This document shows, in pieces, positions 40,607-49,424 of a stretch of DNA of 64,000 nucleotides. The notes below the pieces were generated by a model. That model was given only the letters and a program-made list of their open reading frames with translations. It was not told the DNA's origin and ran no database searches. Every line of letters starts with the position of its first letter. Positions within the stretch are counted from its first letter, which is position 1. Origin of the DNA: Thermoanaerobaculia bacterium. GTDB taxonomy: Bacteria; Acidobacteriota; Thermoanaerobaculia; UBA5066. The translations under genes were made by a program, and so were the position numbers. The stretch lies in NCBI GenBank assembly GCA_038319835.1, contig JBBQDQ010000002.1:2010-66009 (forward strand), read 5' to 3'.

Positions 40607-40679
40607 CATCACGATCGTCGTGAGGTACGGCGGCGAGGACCACGTGGCGAAACGCCTCGCGGCGCCACCCACGCCCTGA

Positions 40680-43382
40680 TCAACCCTTCTTCTTCCTCGC
40701 TGCCTTCGCTTTCGGAGCCTTGGGGGCCTTCGCGGGCGCGCCCTCCGCGGCGGCGCCCTTGGCGCGCGGGGCGCGCTTCCTGGTGCCCTTGACGGGCGCG
40801 GGCAGCTTCGCCTCGGCGATCGCGGCCTCGAGCGCGCCCTCGGGGATGCGCGTCGTCGGCTCGAAGGCGTCGAGATCGCTCGCCGCGACGTCGAGGCCGC
40901 AGCCTTCCGTCTCGCAGACGTAGAACGGGCCCGCCTTTCGGTCGCGCACGAGAAGGTAGGGCGCCTTGCAGTTCGGGCACGTCTTCGGAACGGGCCGCGC
41001 CTTGAAGTTCTTCTCGCACGACGGGTAGTTCGAGCAGCCGTAGAAGGGGCCGAAGCGCCCGCGCCTCACGAGGACGTCGCCCGTCCTGCAGACCGGGCAC
41101 TTCACGCCCGTTAGTGTGACGGGCTTGGGCGGCTTGAACCGGCACGCGGGGTAATTCGAGCAGGAGACGTAGTCGCCGAAGCGCCCGTGCCGGGTCACGA
41201 GGGCGTGGCCGCAGTTCGGGCACGCCTCGCCGGTCGGGACGTCGGGCTTGGCTTCCGCCTTGCCGCCCGCGACCTTCACGGGGACCGTGTTGCGGCAAAC
41301 CGGGTACGCCGTGCAGCCGAGGAACGCCGATCCGCTCCTCCCGGTGCGGAGCTTCAACGGGCTGCCGCACTCCTCGCACGTCTGCCCTTCGAGCTCGGTC
41401 GCGTCGATGGGGTCTTCGTCGACCTCAGGGATGTCCAGCGTGAAGTCGCAGTCCGGGTAGCCGCCGCACGCGATGAAGAGGCCCGCCTTCCCCATCCGGA
41501 GTTTGAGCGGGTGGCCGCTCTTCGGGCACGTGTCGCCCGGGTCGTTCGTGAGGTGGAAGTCCACGAAGTGCGTGCGGACCTGCGAGAGCGGCAGGCCCGC
41601 CTTGAGCGAGACCATCTTCTTTTTCGCCTTCTCGCGGTCCCTCACGAACTCGCCGTCGAACTCCGCGAGCGCCTTCCTCCAGTCGAGCTTCCCTTCCTCG
41701 ACCTCGTCGAGCTCCTCTTCCATCTTCGCCGTGTACTCGGTCTGGAAGAAGTCGTCGAAGCCTTCGCGCATGAGGTCGACGATGACGCGGCCGAGCGGCG
41801 TGGGCGTGAAGCGCCGGTCCTTCTTGCGGACGTACTCGCGGTCCTCGATCTTGCGGAGGATCTCGGCGTACGTGGACGGGCGGCCGATGCCGTTCTCTTC
41901 GAGGAACTTCACGAGCGACGCTTCGTTGAAGCGCGGCGGCGGCTGCGTCTCGTGCCCCTCGGCGGTCGCCTCGGCGACGGCCGCGACATCACCTTCGGCG
42001 ATCGCGGGGAGACGCACCTTCGCGGCGTCGCCCTCTTCGCCCTCGGCGGGGGCCTCGTCCTCACCCGTGTCGGCTTCCTTCTCGTAGACGCGCAGCCAGC
42101 CCGCGTCCTTGAGCACCGTGCCGGTCGCGCGGACGGCTGCGAGGTCCGGCGAGCCGGGGCGGCGCGCCTCGAACTCGACCGTCGTGACCTCGGACAGCGA
42201 CGGGCTCATCTGCGACGCGATGAAGCGGTTCCAGACGAGCCGGTAGAGCTTGAGCTCCTCGGGCGAGAGGTGGCGCGCGATCGTCTCGGGCGGGAGGTCG
42301 AGCGACGTCGGGCGGATCGCTTCGTGCGCGTCCTGCGCGTCCTTCTTCTGCCGGAAGCGGCGGGCCTCTTCCGGGAGCGCGCCCCCCCCGTACGTCTTCC
42401 CGATGAAGTCGCGCACCGCGACGAGCGCCTCCTCGGCCGTGCGCGTCGAGTCCGTGCGCATGTACGTGATGAGGCCGATCGAGCCCTTCTCGCCGATCGT
42501 CTTGCCTTCGTAGAGCCGCTGGGCGATCTGCATCGTCCGGCGCACGCTGAATCCGAGCGACCGCGCCGCGCCCTGCTGGAGCTTGGACGTCGTGAACGGC
42601 GGCGGCGGGCTGGAGCGGCGCTCCTTGGCCTCGACGCTCACGGCGACGGGCGTCGAGGCGGCCACGTGGGCGCGCACGGCCTCGGCCTGGTCGAGCGTCG
42701 CGAGGCGCGGGTCCGTCCCGTCGAACTTCAGCTTGTCGCCCTTCCACGCGACGACGCGCGCCGGGAAGGCCGCGTCGCCCTTCTTCAGCGTGACGGGCAC
42801 GGAGAAGTACGGGACGGCGACGAAGCGTTCGCGCTCGCTCTCGCGCTCCACGATGATCCGGAGCGTGACCGTCTGGACGCGCCCGGCCGAGAGGCCGCGC
42901 CAGACCTTGGACCAGAGGAGGTCCGACACCTCGTAGCCGACGAGCCGGTCGATGATCCGGCGGGCCTGCTGCGCGTTCACGCGGTTCTGGTCGATCGTGC
43001 CCGGGTTCTGGACCGCGCGCGTCACGGCCGACTTCGTGATCTCGTGGAACTCGGCGCGGTGGAACGTCGCATTCGGGGAGCCGGGCCTGAGGACCTCCTG
43101 GAGGTGCCAGCAGATGGCCTCGCCCTCGCGGTCGGGGTCGGCCGCGAGGTAGATCGTGTCGACGCCCTTCGCGGCACGCTTGAGGTCCGCGACCGTGCGC
43201 TCCTTGCCCGGCAGGATCTCGTACGTCGGCGTGTAGCCGTGCTCGCGGTCGACAGCGATCCCCTTCTTCGGCAGGTCGCGGATGTGGCCGTAGCAGGCCA
43301 TCACGGTGAAGTCCTTTCCGAGGAACTTCCCGAGGGTCGCGGCCTTCGCGGGGGACTCGACGATCACGAGGGACTTAGCCAT
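40680..43382 (-). CDS. topA: DNA topoisomerase I
   Basis: 900 aa. Toprim start LVIVESPAKA, five C-terminal Cys4 zinc ribbons, Lys/Ala-rich tail. Confidence 0.95.
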   Translation of the reverse strand: MAKSLVIVESPAKAATLGKFLGKDFTVMACYGHIRDLPKKGIAVDREHGYTPTYEILPGKERTVADLKRAAKGVDTIYLAADPDREGEAICWHLQEVLRPGSPNATFHRAEFHEITKSAVTRAVQNPGTIDQNRVNAQQARRIIDRLVGYEVSDLLWSKVWRGLSAGRVQTVTLRIIVERESERERFVAVPYFSVPVTLKKGDAAFPARVVAWKGDKLKFDGTDPRLATLDQAEAVRAHVAASTPVAVSVEAKERRSSPPPPFTTSKLQQGAARSLGFSVRRTMQIAQRLYEGKTIGEKGSIGLITYMRTDSTRTAEEALVAVRDFIGKTYGGGALPEEARRFRQKKDAQDAHEAIRPTSLDLPPETIARHLSPEELKLYRLVWNRFIASQMSPSLSEVTTVEFEARRPGSPDLAAVRATGTVLKDAGWLRVYEKEADTGEDEAPAEGEEGDAAKVRLPAIAEGDVAAVAEATAEGHETQPPPRFNEASLVKFLEENGIGRPSTYAEILRKIEDREYVRKKDRRFTPTPLGRVIVDLMREGFDDFFQTEYTAKMEEELDEVEEGKLDWRKALAEFDGEFVRDREKAKKKMVSLKAGLPLSQVRTHFVDFHLTNDPGDTCPKSGHPLKLRMGKAGLFIACGGYPDCDFTLDIPEVDEDPIDATELEGQTCEECGSPLKLRTGRSGSAFLGCTAYPVCRNTVPVKVAGGKAEAKPDVPTGEACPNCGHALVTRHGRFGDYVSCSNYPACRFKPPKPVTLTGVKCPVCRTGDVLVRRGRFGPFYGCSNYPSCEKNFKARPVPKTCPNCKAPYLLVRDRKAGPFYVCETEGCGLDVAASDLDAFEPTTRIPEGALEAAIAEAKLPAPVKGTRKRAPRAKGAAAEGAPAKAPKAPKAKAARKKKG

Positions 43383-43409
43383 ATCGGACCCGCAACGATG
43401 CCACGCCTG

Positions 43410-44252
43410 TCAACTCCGGGGGCGCGAGCGAACGAACAGAGCTCCCGGGAGAGCCGTCGCGAGGCCCTCGATTTCGAGGTGCAGAAGAGCGGCCGAGAAG
43501 CGCGCGGCGTCGAGTCCCGCGGCCGGAATCAGCGCGTCCGCGTCGCGCGGCTCGTCGGGGTCGAGCACGGAGAGAAGGGCCGTCGCGTCCGGCGGGAGAT
43601 CCGGGAGGGAGGCCGCGGTCCGGGCCGCGATCACGCGGTTCAGCCGCCTTCGGTCCTCCTCGGGCAGCTCGACGAGGAGGTCCTCTGCCGTCCGCACGAG
43701 GATCGCTCCGTCCTTCAGGAGCGCGTTCGAGCCCGCGGCGCCCGGCGCGAGGACGGAGCCCGGCACCGCCGCAACGTCGCGCCCGTAACCCGACGCGCAC
43801 CGCGCCGTGATGAGCGAACCGCTCTTTATGGCGGCTTCCACCACGCAGACGATCCGCGCGAGTCCCGCGATGATCCGGTTGCGGACGGGGAAGTGCCAGG
43901 GCTCCGGCCCGTCGCCGATCGGAAACTCCGAGAGCACCGTGCCGGACGCAAGAAGGGCCTCGAGAAGGCCGCGTTGCTCGGCGGGGTAGCAGACGTCGAT
44001 GCCGCAACCGAAAACGGCGACGGTCGGGCCGGCGGCCTCGAGCGCCGCGCGGTGCGCCGCCGCGTCGACGCCGCGCGCGAAGCCCGAGACGACCGTCACG
44101 CCGGCCCCGGCGAGCCCCCGCGCGAGGACGGCCGACACCTCGAGCGCGACGCGCGACGCCCGGCGGGCTCCGACGAGCGCGACCGTCGGCGCAAGGGGAA
44201 GTGGGGCGCCGCGGGCGAACAACAGAGGCGGCGGATCCGTGATCTCGCGCAC
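43410..44252 (-). CDS. dprA: DNA-processing protein DprA (as delimited by the first canonical start; probably longer)
   Basis: Rossmann-like core VALVGARRAS...SGFARGVDAAAH...VFGCGIDVCYP...PVRNRIIAGL. The same frame stays open and DprA-like up to about 44519 but contains no ATG/GTG/TTG (see findings). Confidence 0.85.
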   Translation of the reverse strand: MREITDPPPLLFARGAPLPLAPTVALVGARRASRVALEVSAVLARGLAGAGVTVVSGFARGVDAAAHRAALEAAGPTVAVFGCGIDVCYPAEQRGLLEALLASGTVLSEFPIGDGPEPWHFPVRNRIIAGLARIVCVVEAAIKSGSLITARCASGYGRDVAAVPGSVLAPGAAGSNALLKDGAILVRTAEDLLVELPEEDRRRLNRVIAARTAASLPDLPPDATALLSVLDPDEPRDADALIPAAGLDAARFSAALLHLEIEGLATALPGALFVRSRPRS

Positions 44253-44579
44253 AAGTTCCGGGTACTCCGCGTCTCCGAAGAACAGGAGGCGCGCGCCCGC
44301 CGCCTCGAGCCGGCGCAGATCGCCGTCCGTCGAGGCCCGGTCGGGCCGGAGGAGGGGGGCGACGACTTCCTCGGCCTCGCCCGCGATCCGGACGGCCTCC
44401 GCGGGGGACAGTTCGAGTACGTGCGACGGCGTCTCGACCGCCGCGAGGAGGCTTCGGAGGGCGCGGGCGCGCCTTCCGCGGGCCAGGCGCGACCATGCGA
44501 GTCCTGTTCGGAGATCATCGACGAGGTTTCGGACGCGGCACCTCTCTTGCGAGAATTTGCGCAGGAGTCGCTGTCTATA

Positions 44580-45038
44580 ATGCCCGACCGCACCGTGACG
44601 AGTCTTCGCCGAGCCGTCGCCGCTACCGCCGTCGCGGTCCTCGCCGCGGGCGCGGGAGCGTGCTCCTCGGGCGCCTCCGAATCGACGGCCTGGAAGGACG
44701 AGAACGCCTACGGGACCCAGATGGCGAAGAAGGGCTTCTGGCGCGAGGCGCTCTTCCGCTACGAAAAGGCCGCGGCCCAGAAGCCCGGCGACGCATGGAT
44801 CCAGAACAACCTCGCCGTCGCGTACGAGAGTACCGGCGACACGGCGCGGGCGCTCGCCGCGTACAAGCGGGCCCTCGGGCTCGCCCCGCAGGATCCGAAG
44901 ATCAAGCGCAACTACGCGCGCTTCGCCGAGTACTACACGTCGGTACAGCGCTCGTCGTCCCTTCCTGCGCCGTCCTCGTCGGCGCCCGCGCCCACGCCTG
45001 CTCCGACGCCTGCTCCCACGCCCGGAGGAACGCCGTGA
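44580..45038 (+). CDS. TPR-repeat lipoprotein with Pro-rich C-terminal linker
   Basis: ATG 44580. Lipobox LAAGAGAC. TPR-like AWIQNNLAVAYESTGDTARALAAYKRALGLAP. Tail APAPTPAPTPAPTP. Confidence 0.7.
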   Translation: MPDRTVTSLRRAVAATAVAVLAAGAGACSSGASESTAWKDENAYGTQMAKKGFWREALFRYEKAAAQKPGDAWIQNNLAVAYESTGDTARALAAYKRALGLAPQDPKIKRNYARFAEYYTSVQRSSSLPAPSSSAPAPTPAPTPAPTPGGTP

Positions 45039-45727
45039 AGCGGCGCGCCGTCTCGGCCGCGCTCGCCGCGGCGCTCCTCCTCGGGGCCTGCTCGAGCTCG
45101 AACGAGGTCAAGCTCAAGCTCCCCCTCCGCCCGAAGCTCGCCGTGACCGGGCGCGAGCGCATCACGCTCGCGCCCTTCGTCGTGGCGTCCCGCCTGTCCG
45201 ACCGCAAGGACGCGCCGAAGTACAAGGACCTCGACCTCGACGCCGAGTTCCGCCGTTACCTCGGCAAGCAGCTCGGCAAGCGCACGAAGATGACGATCGT
45301 CGCGATGCCGGCTGACGTCCGCCTCCCCACCCAGCACCTCAAGGAGCTGAGCGAGGCCGGAGACTTCTGGAAGGGCATCGGCGCACGGACGGGCGCCGAC
45401 ATCGTCCTGACGGGCGTCGTCGACTTCCGCGTCGAGAACAAGTCCGGCTACCGGGCCGAGGAGTACATCAGTCCGATCGACAACCGGAAGTACTACCGGC
45501 AGGTTCTCATCGAATCGACGGGCTTCTCGTTCGACGTCACGATCCTCGCGATGGACGGGCGCACGGGCGCGCCGCTCTTCCAGGAGAACTTCCGAGACAC
45601 GAAGGAGAAGAACAAGCGTGCGGCCGACGAGCTCGCCGGCCTTTTCGAGAACCTGTTCTCCCTCGAGAACCAGCTGCTCGGGCTCTTCGTCGTCCGCGAG
45701 CGGGAGGCCAATCGCTATGTCTTCTAG
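45035..45727 (+). CDS. lipoprotein (230 aa), unknown function
   Basis: GTG 45035 in a GTGA overlap. Lipobox ALLLGAC. Overlaps the next gene by 11 nt. Confidence 0.6.
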   Translation: MKRRAVSAALAAALLLGACSSSNEVKLKLPLRPKLAVTGRERITLAPFVVASRLSDRKDAPKYKDLDLDAEFRRYLGKQLGKRTKMTIVAMPADVRLPTQHLKELSEAGDFWKGIGARTGADIVLTGVVDFRVENKSGYRAEEYISPIDNRKYYRQVLIESTGFSFDVTILAMDGRTGAPLFQENFRDTKEKNKRAADELAGLFENLFSLENQLLGLFVVREREANRYVF

Positions 45728-48602
45728 GAAGGCCCTCGCGCTCGTCCTCCTCGCCGGCCTCGCCGCGGCCGCCGCGCCCCGGCTCTTCGCCGCGGGTCAG
45801 AACAAGATCGTCTACGACACGTTCGACTGGTCGATCTACCAGTCGACCCACTTCGACGTCTACCACTACTCGCGCGAGAAGGGGACGCTCCAGAAGGTCA
45901 CGTCGATGGCGGAGTCCGCCTACGACGAGCTCTCCCGCCGGCTCAACTACCAGATCCCGAAACGCATTCCGATCATCTACTACTCGACGCACGCCGAGTT
46001 CGAGCAGAACAACATCGAGCTCAACTTCATCCCCGAAGGCGTTGGCGCGTTCGCGGAGCCCGCGCGCAACCGGATGGTCCTTCCGATCGACCTGCCGGAC
46101 GAGAAGCTTCAGGCCCTCATCCAGCACGAGCTCACGCACGTCTTCCAGTACGAGATCCTCTTCGGCGGCCGGCTCTCCCGGGCGCTGACGGCGAACCCGC
46201 CGACGTGGTTCATGGAGGGCATGGCGTCGTACTTCGGGAACGACGAGGACGACAAGGACCGCATGTACCTGCGGGACGCCGTGAACGCGGACCTCATCCC
46301 GCCCATCACGAAGGTCCAGATCTCCGGGTACCCGGCCTATCGCTACGGCCACGCCGTCTTCGACTTCATCGAGTCCGAGTGGGGCAAGGACGGCGTGAGG
46401 GACTTCGTCTTCGAGTTCCGGTCCTTCCTCGGAAGGGACATCTCCGTCGCGCTCCGCCGCACCTTCGAGATCCAGCCGGACGACTTCGACCTGAAGTTCC
46501 GGCGTTTTCTCCGCCGCAAGTACCTCCCGCTCCTCGCGACCAAGGGAGAGGCGTCCGAGTACGGCGAGCGCTTCCGCGTCGGCCCGTACGGCCGCGAGTC
46601 CTTCGAGATCGGCGCCGCGCCGTCGCCGTCGGGCGACTTCATCGCGACGCTCACGACGTACCGCGACGAGATCGACATCGCGCTCCTCTCCGTCAAGGAG
46701 CGGAAGCTCTTCAAGAACCTCTCTTCGGGCCGCACGACGAAGTACGAGTACATCGTCGGGCAGTACCTCTCGACCGGGCCCGAAAGCGGCCGCGACCTCT
46801 CGTTCGCGCCCGACGGCGACCGCATCGCGGTCTTCGGCCGGCAGGAGCGGGGCCGCAAGCTGCTCATCTTCTCCGCGCGGGGCGGCGGCCTCCTCGAGCG
46901 CGTCGCCGTCGCGCCCGACGTCCCGATGGCGCCGGCGTGGTCGCCCTCGGGCAACGAGATCGTCTTCTCGGCGATCGAGGGAAACAGCCGGGACATCTTC
47001 CTCCTCGACCTCAAGACGAAGGCCGTCCGCAACCTCTCGAACGACGCCGCCTACGACGAGGGGCCGGTCTTCTCGCCCGACGGGAAGTACATCTACCACT
47101 CCAAGATCGTGGGCAATCGCGCGAAGATCGTCCGCTTCCCGCTCTCGGATCCCACGAAGATCGAGCAGGTCACCTGGGGCGAGGGCAGCGACGAGGATCC
47201 GTCATTCTCCCCGGACGGCAAGCGCCTCTACTACTCGTCGTCCCGCGGCGGCATCTACAACATCTACGGCCAGGACGTCGCGACCGGCGACCTCGTCCAG
47301 TACACGGACGTCATCGGCGCCGCGCTCGGGCCCGCCGCCTTCACGGGGCCGGACGGCCAGGAGAAGATCGTCTTCTCGGGCTTCCAGGGGCTGCGCTTCC
47401 AGCTCTACATGGCCGACGCGAAGAAGCCCTTCCGCAAGCTCGACGAGAAGGCGGCGCCGCCGGCGCCGCTGAAGGCGGACGCGACGTCGGGGTTCGTGCC
47501 GTCCGTCGAGGTCTCGGTCGACCCCGAGAAGATCTCGCGGCCGAAGTTCAAGCTCTTCCTCGACAACGCCTCGCTCCTCGCCGGGATCAACTCGGACCAG
47601 ACCTTCGTCTCGCAGATCCTCCTGTCGTTCTCGGACTACCTCGGCGACCGCCGGGCGTTCTTCCTTTTCGACTCCGTCTCGACGTTCTCGAACTTCCGGA
47701 TCGGCTACTTCAACATCAGCCACCGCTTCCAGTGGGGCGCCCAGGTCTACGACGACCGCAGCTACTTCTACGGGTACGACTACCAGACGGGCGACACGGT
47801 CCGCGACCAGCGGATCTCCCGCAACACGGGCGTCTCGCTCCTCGGCACGTATCCCCTCACGCGGTACACGCGCTTCGAGGGGAACCTCGGGTTCGTGAGC
47901 CGGGCTCTCGACATCCCGATCCTCACCGCGAACCTCGACGGGTCGCAGCAATACACGTACGAGGCCCGCTCGGACAACGTCCCGACGGTCGGTCTCGGAT
48001 TCTCGAACGACACGACGCGCTACTCGTACTTCGGGCCGCTCTCGGGCCACCGGATCGACCTGAACACGCAGTACTCGCCTTCGTTCAAGCAAGGCGAGAC
48101 GACCCTCTCGTGGGACACGTTCGGCGAGGCGCGGCTCTATCTCCCGCTCTCGCGGCGTGTCCTCTTCGCCTTCCGGGCCTTCGCCGCGTCGTCCTCCGGC
48201 GCAGCCCCGACGGTCTTCTACTTCGGCGGCCTCGACACGCTCCGCGGCTACGACTACGCGACCGTCATCGGGAACAACGTCTTCTACATCAACAGCGAGT
48301 TCCGCTTCCCGCTCATCGACGTCCTCGCGACGCCGATCCTCGCGTTCCAGGGCGTCCGCGGGCGCATCTTTCTCGACGTCGGCGGCGCGTGGCTGAACGG
48401 GCAGAGCTTCGCGTTCTGGACGGACGGGCAGCTCAACGGCCTCAACAATCCCTCGGCTCCCGGAGGCCTCGCCTCGTTCGGCGGCGGGTTCTCCGTCTAC
48501 TTCCTCGGCCTGCCGTGGAACTTCGACTGGGCCAAGAAATGGGACTTCAAGCACACGCTGTCGGACTGGCAGACGACCTTCTACGTCGGGACCACCTTCT
48601 AG
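45717..48602 (+). CDS. outer-membrane fusion protein: peptidase_MA-like (HExxH) domain + TolB-like beta-propeller + Omp85/BamA-type beta-barrel
   Basis: ATG 45717, signal peptide. HELTH at 46125-46139 with downstream WFMEGMASYF. Repeated SPDG/SFSPDGK PD40-type blades. C-terminal ~330 aa show an alternating beta-strand pattern ending ...YVGTTF (terminal Phe). Confidence 0.8.
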   Translation: MSSRKALALVLLAGLAAAAAPRLFAAGQNKIVYDTFDWSIYQSTHFDVYHYSREKGTLQKVTSMAESAYDELSRRLNYQIPKRIPIIYYSTHAEFEQNNIELNFIPEGVGAFAEPARNRMVLPIDLPDEKLQALIQHELTHVFQYEILFGGRLSRALTANPPTWFMEGMASYFGNDEDDKDRMYLRDAVNADLIPPITKVQISGYPAYRYGHAVFDFIESEWGKDGVRDFVFEFRSFLGRDISVALRRTFEIQPDDFDLKFRRFLRRKYLPLLATKGEASEYGERFRVGPYGRESFEIGAAPSPSGDFIATLTTYRDEIDIALLSVKERKLFKNLSSGRTTKYEYIVGQYLSTGPESGRDLSFAPDGDRIAVFGRQERGRKLLIFSARGGGLLERVAVAPDVPMAPAWSPSGNEIVFSAIEGNSRDIFLLDLKTKAVRNLSNDAAYDEGPVFSPDGKYIYHSKIVGNRAKIVRFPLSDPTKIEQVTWGEGSDEDPSFSPDGKRLYYSSSRGGIYNIYGQDVATGDLVQYTDVIGAALGPAAFTGPDGQEKIVFSGFQGLRFQLYMADAKKPFRKLDEKAAPPAPLKADATSGFVPSVEVSVDPEKISRPKFKLFLDNASLLAGINSDQTFVSQILLSFSDYLGDRRAFFLFDSVSTFSNFRIGYFNISHRFQWGAQVYDDRSYFYGYDYQTGDTVRDQRISRNTGVSLLGTYPLTRYTRFEGNLGFVSRALDIPILTANLDGSQQYTYEARSDNVPTVGLGFSNDTTRYSYFGPLSGHRIDLNTQYSPSFKQGETTLSWDTFGEARLYLPLSRRVLFAFRAFAASSSGAAPTVFYFGGLDTLRGYDYATVIGNNVFYINSEFRFPLIDVLATPILAFQGVRGRIFLDVGGAWLNGQSFAFWTDGQLNGLNNPSAPGGLASFGGGFSVYFLGLPWNFDWAKKWDFKHTLSDWQTTFYVGTTF

Positions 48603-48662
48603 ACTGTGAGGCGCGTCACGGCGTGATCGCGGGGGGCCGGGCGGCCGCATAATCCACCCCCC

Positions 48663-49424
48663 GTGCGCATTCGCGTCCTCGGAGCCCACGGCGGCTCCAC
48701 GCCCCGACACCGGCAGACGTCTTTCCTCGTGAACGACGCGCTTTGCGTCGACGCGGGCGCCGTGACCGACGCCCTCTCCCTCGAGGAGCAGGAGCGTGTG
48801 CGGGCCGTTCTCGTCACGCATTCGCACATGGACCATGTCGCCGCGCTCCCGTTCCTCGTCGAGAACGTCTTCGGTCGGACTCGCGGGCCAATCGTGGTCC
48901 TCGCGCCGGAGGACGTCCTCGACGCGCTCCGGACGCATCTCTTCAACGACGCGCTCTGGCCGGACTTCTCGCGCATCCCGGGGCAGGGCGGGCCGAGCGT
49001 GACGTTTCACCCCGTCCCCGTCGGCACGCCGTTCTCCGCCGACGGCCTCACCGCAACGGCCGTGAAGGTCTCTCACGTCGTCCCGACGTATGGCTACGTC
49101 CTCGCGGACGAACACTCGGCCGTCGTCTTCTCCGGCGACACCGGTCCGACGGACGAGATCTGGGCCGCGGCCCGGCGGGCACCGAATCTCCGCGCCCTCT
49201 TCGTCGAGTGCTCGTTTCCGAGCGACCTGCAGCGCATCGCAGACGTCTCGTGCCACCTGACGCCGCAGACCCTCCGCGCCGAGATGGCGAAGTTTCCGAA
49301 GGACGTCCCGATCTACCTGTACCACATGAAGCCGCCCGCCCTCGGGCGCCTCACGGCCGAGATCGCCGCCCTGGGCGACCCCCGCCTTCACGTCCTCGCC
49401 GACGGCGACGACCTGAGCTTCTAG
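48663..49424 (+). CDS. metallo-beta-lactamase-fold hydrolase (class II cyclic-nucleotide phosphodiesterase-like)
   Basis: 253 aa. VLVTHSHMDHV is the HxHxDH motif. The size and layout resemble CpdP-type phosphodiesterases. Confidence 0.7.
   Translation: MRIRVLGAHGGSTPRHRQTSFLVNDALCVDAGAVTDALSLEEQERVRAVLVTHSHMDHVAALPFLVENVFGRTRGPIVVLAPEDVLDALRTHLFNDALWPDFSRIPGQGGPSVTFHPVPVGTPFSADGLTATAVKVSHVVPTYGYVLADEHSAVVFSGDTGPTDEIWAAARRAPNLRALFVECSFPSDLQRIADVSCHLTPQTLRAEMAKFPKDVPIYLYHMKPPALGRLTAEIAALGDPRLHVLADGDDLSF

Noticed and set aside
39200-40672. 490-aa minus-strand ORF and 149-aa plus ORF 40230-40679 spanning the pirin/beta-lactamase-remnant region
   Set aside because: Both have Arg/Pro/Gly-rich composition and are out of frame with the clearly recognisable pirin gene. 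The short tail SITIVVRYGGEDHVAKRL in 40230-40679 looked protein-like, but I could not tie it to any family.
41187-44579. Most of the 1283-aa plus-strand ORF 41187-45038
   Set aside because: It is antisense to topA and dprA and has an Arg/Glu/Asp-rich composition. Only its last 152 codons (from ATG 44580, a lipobox signal peptide) look like a real gene.
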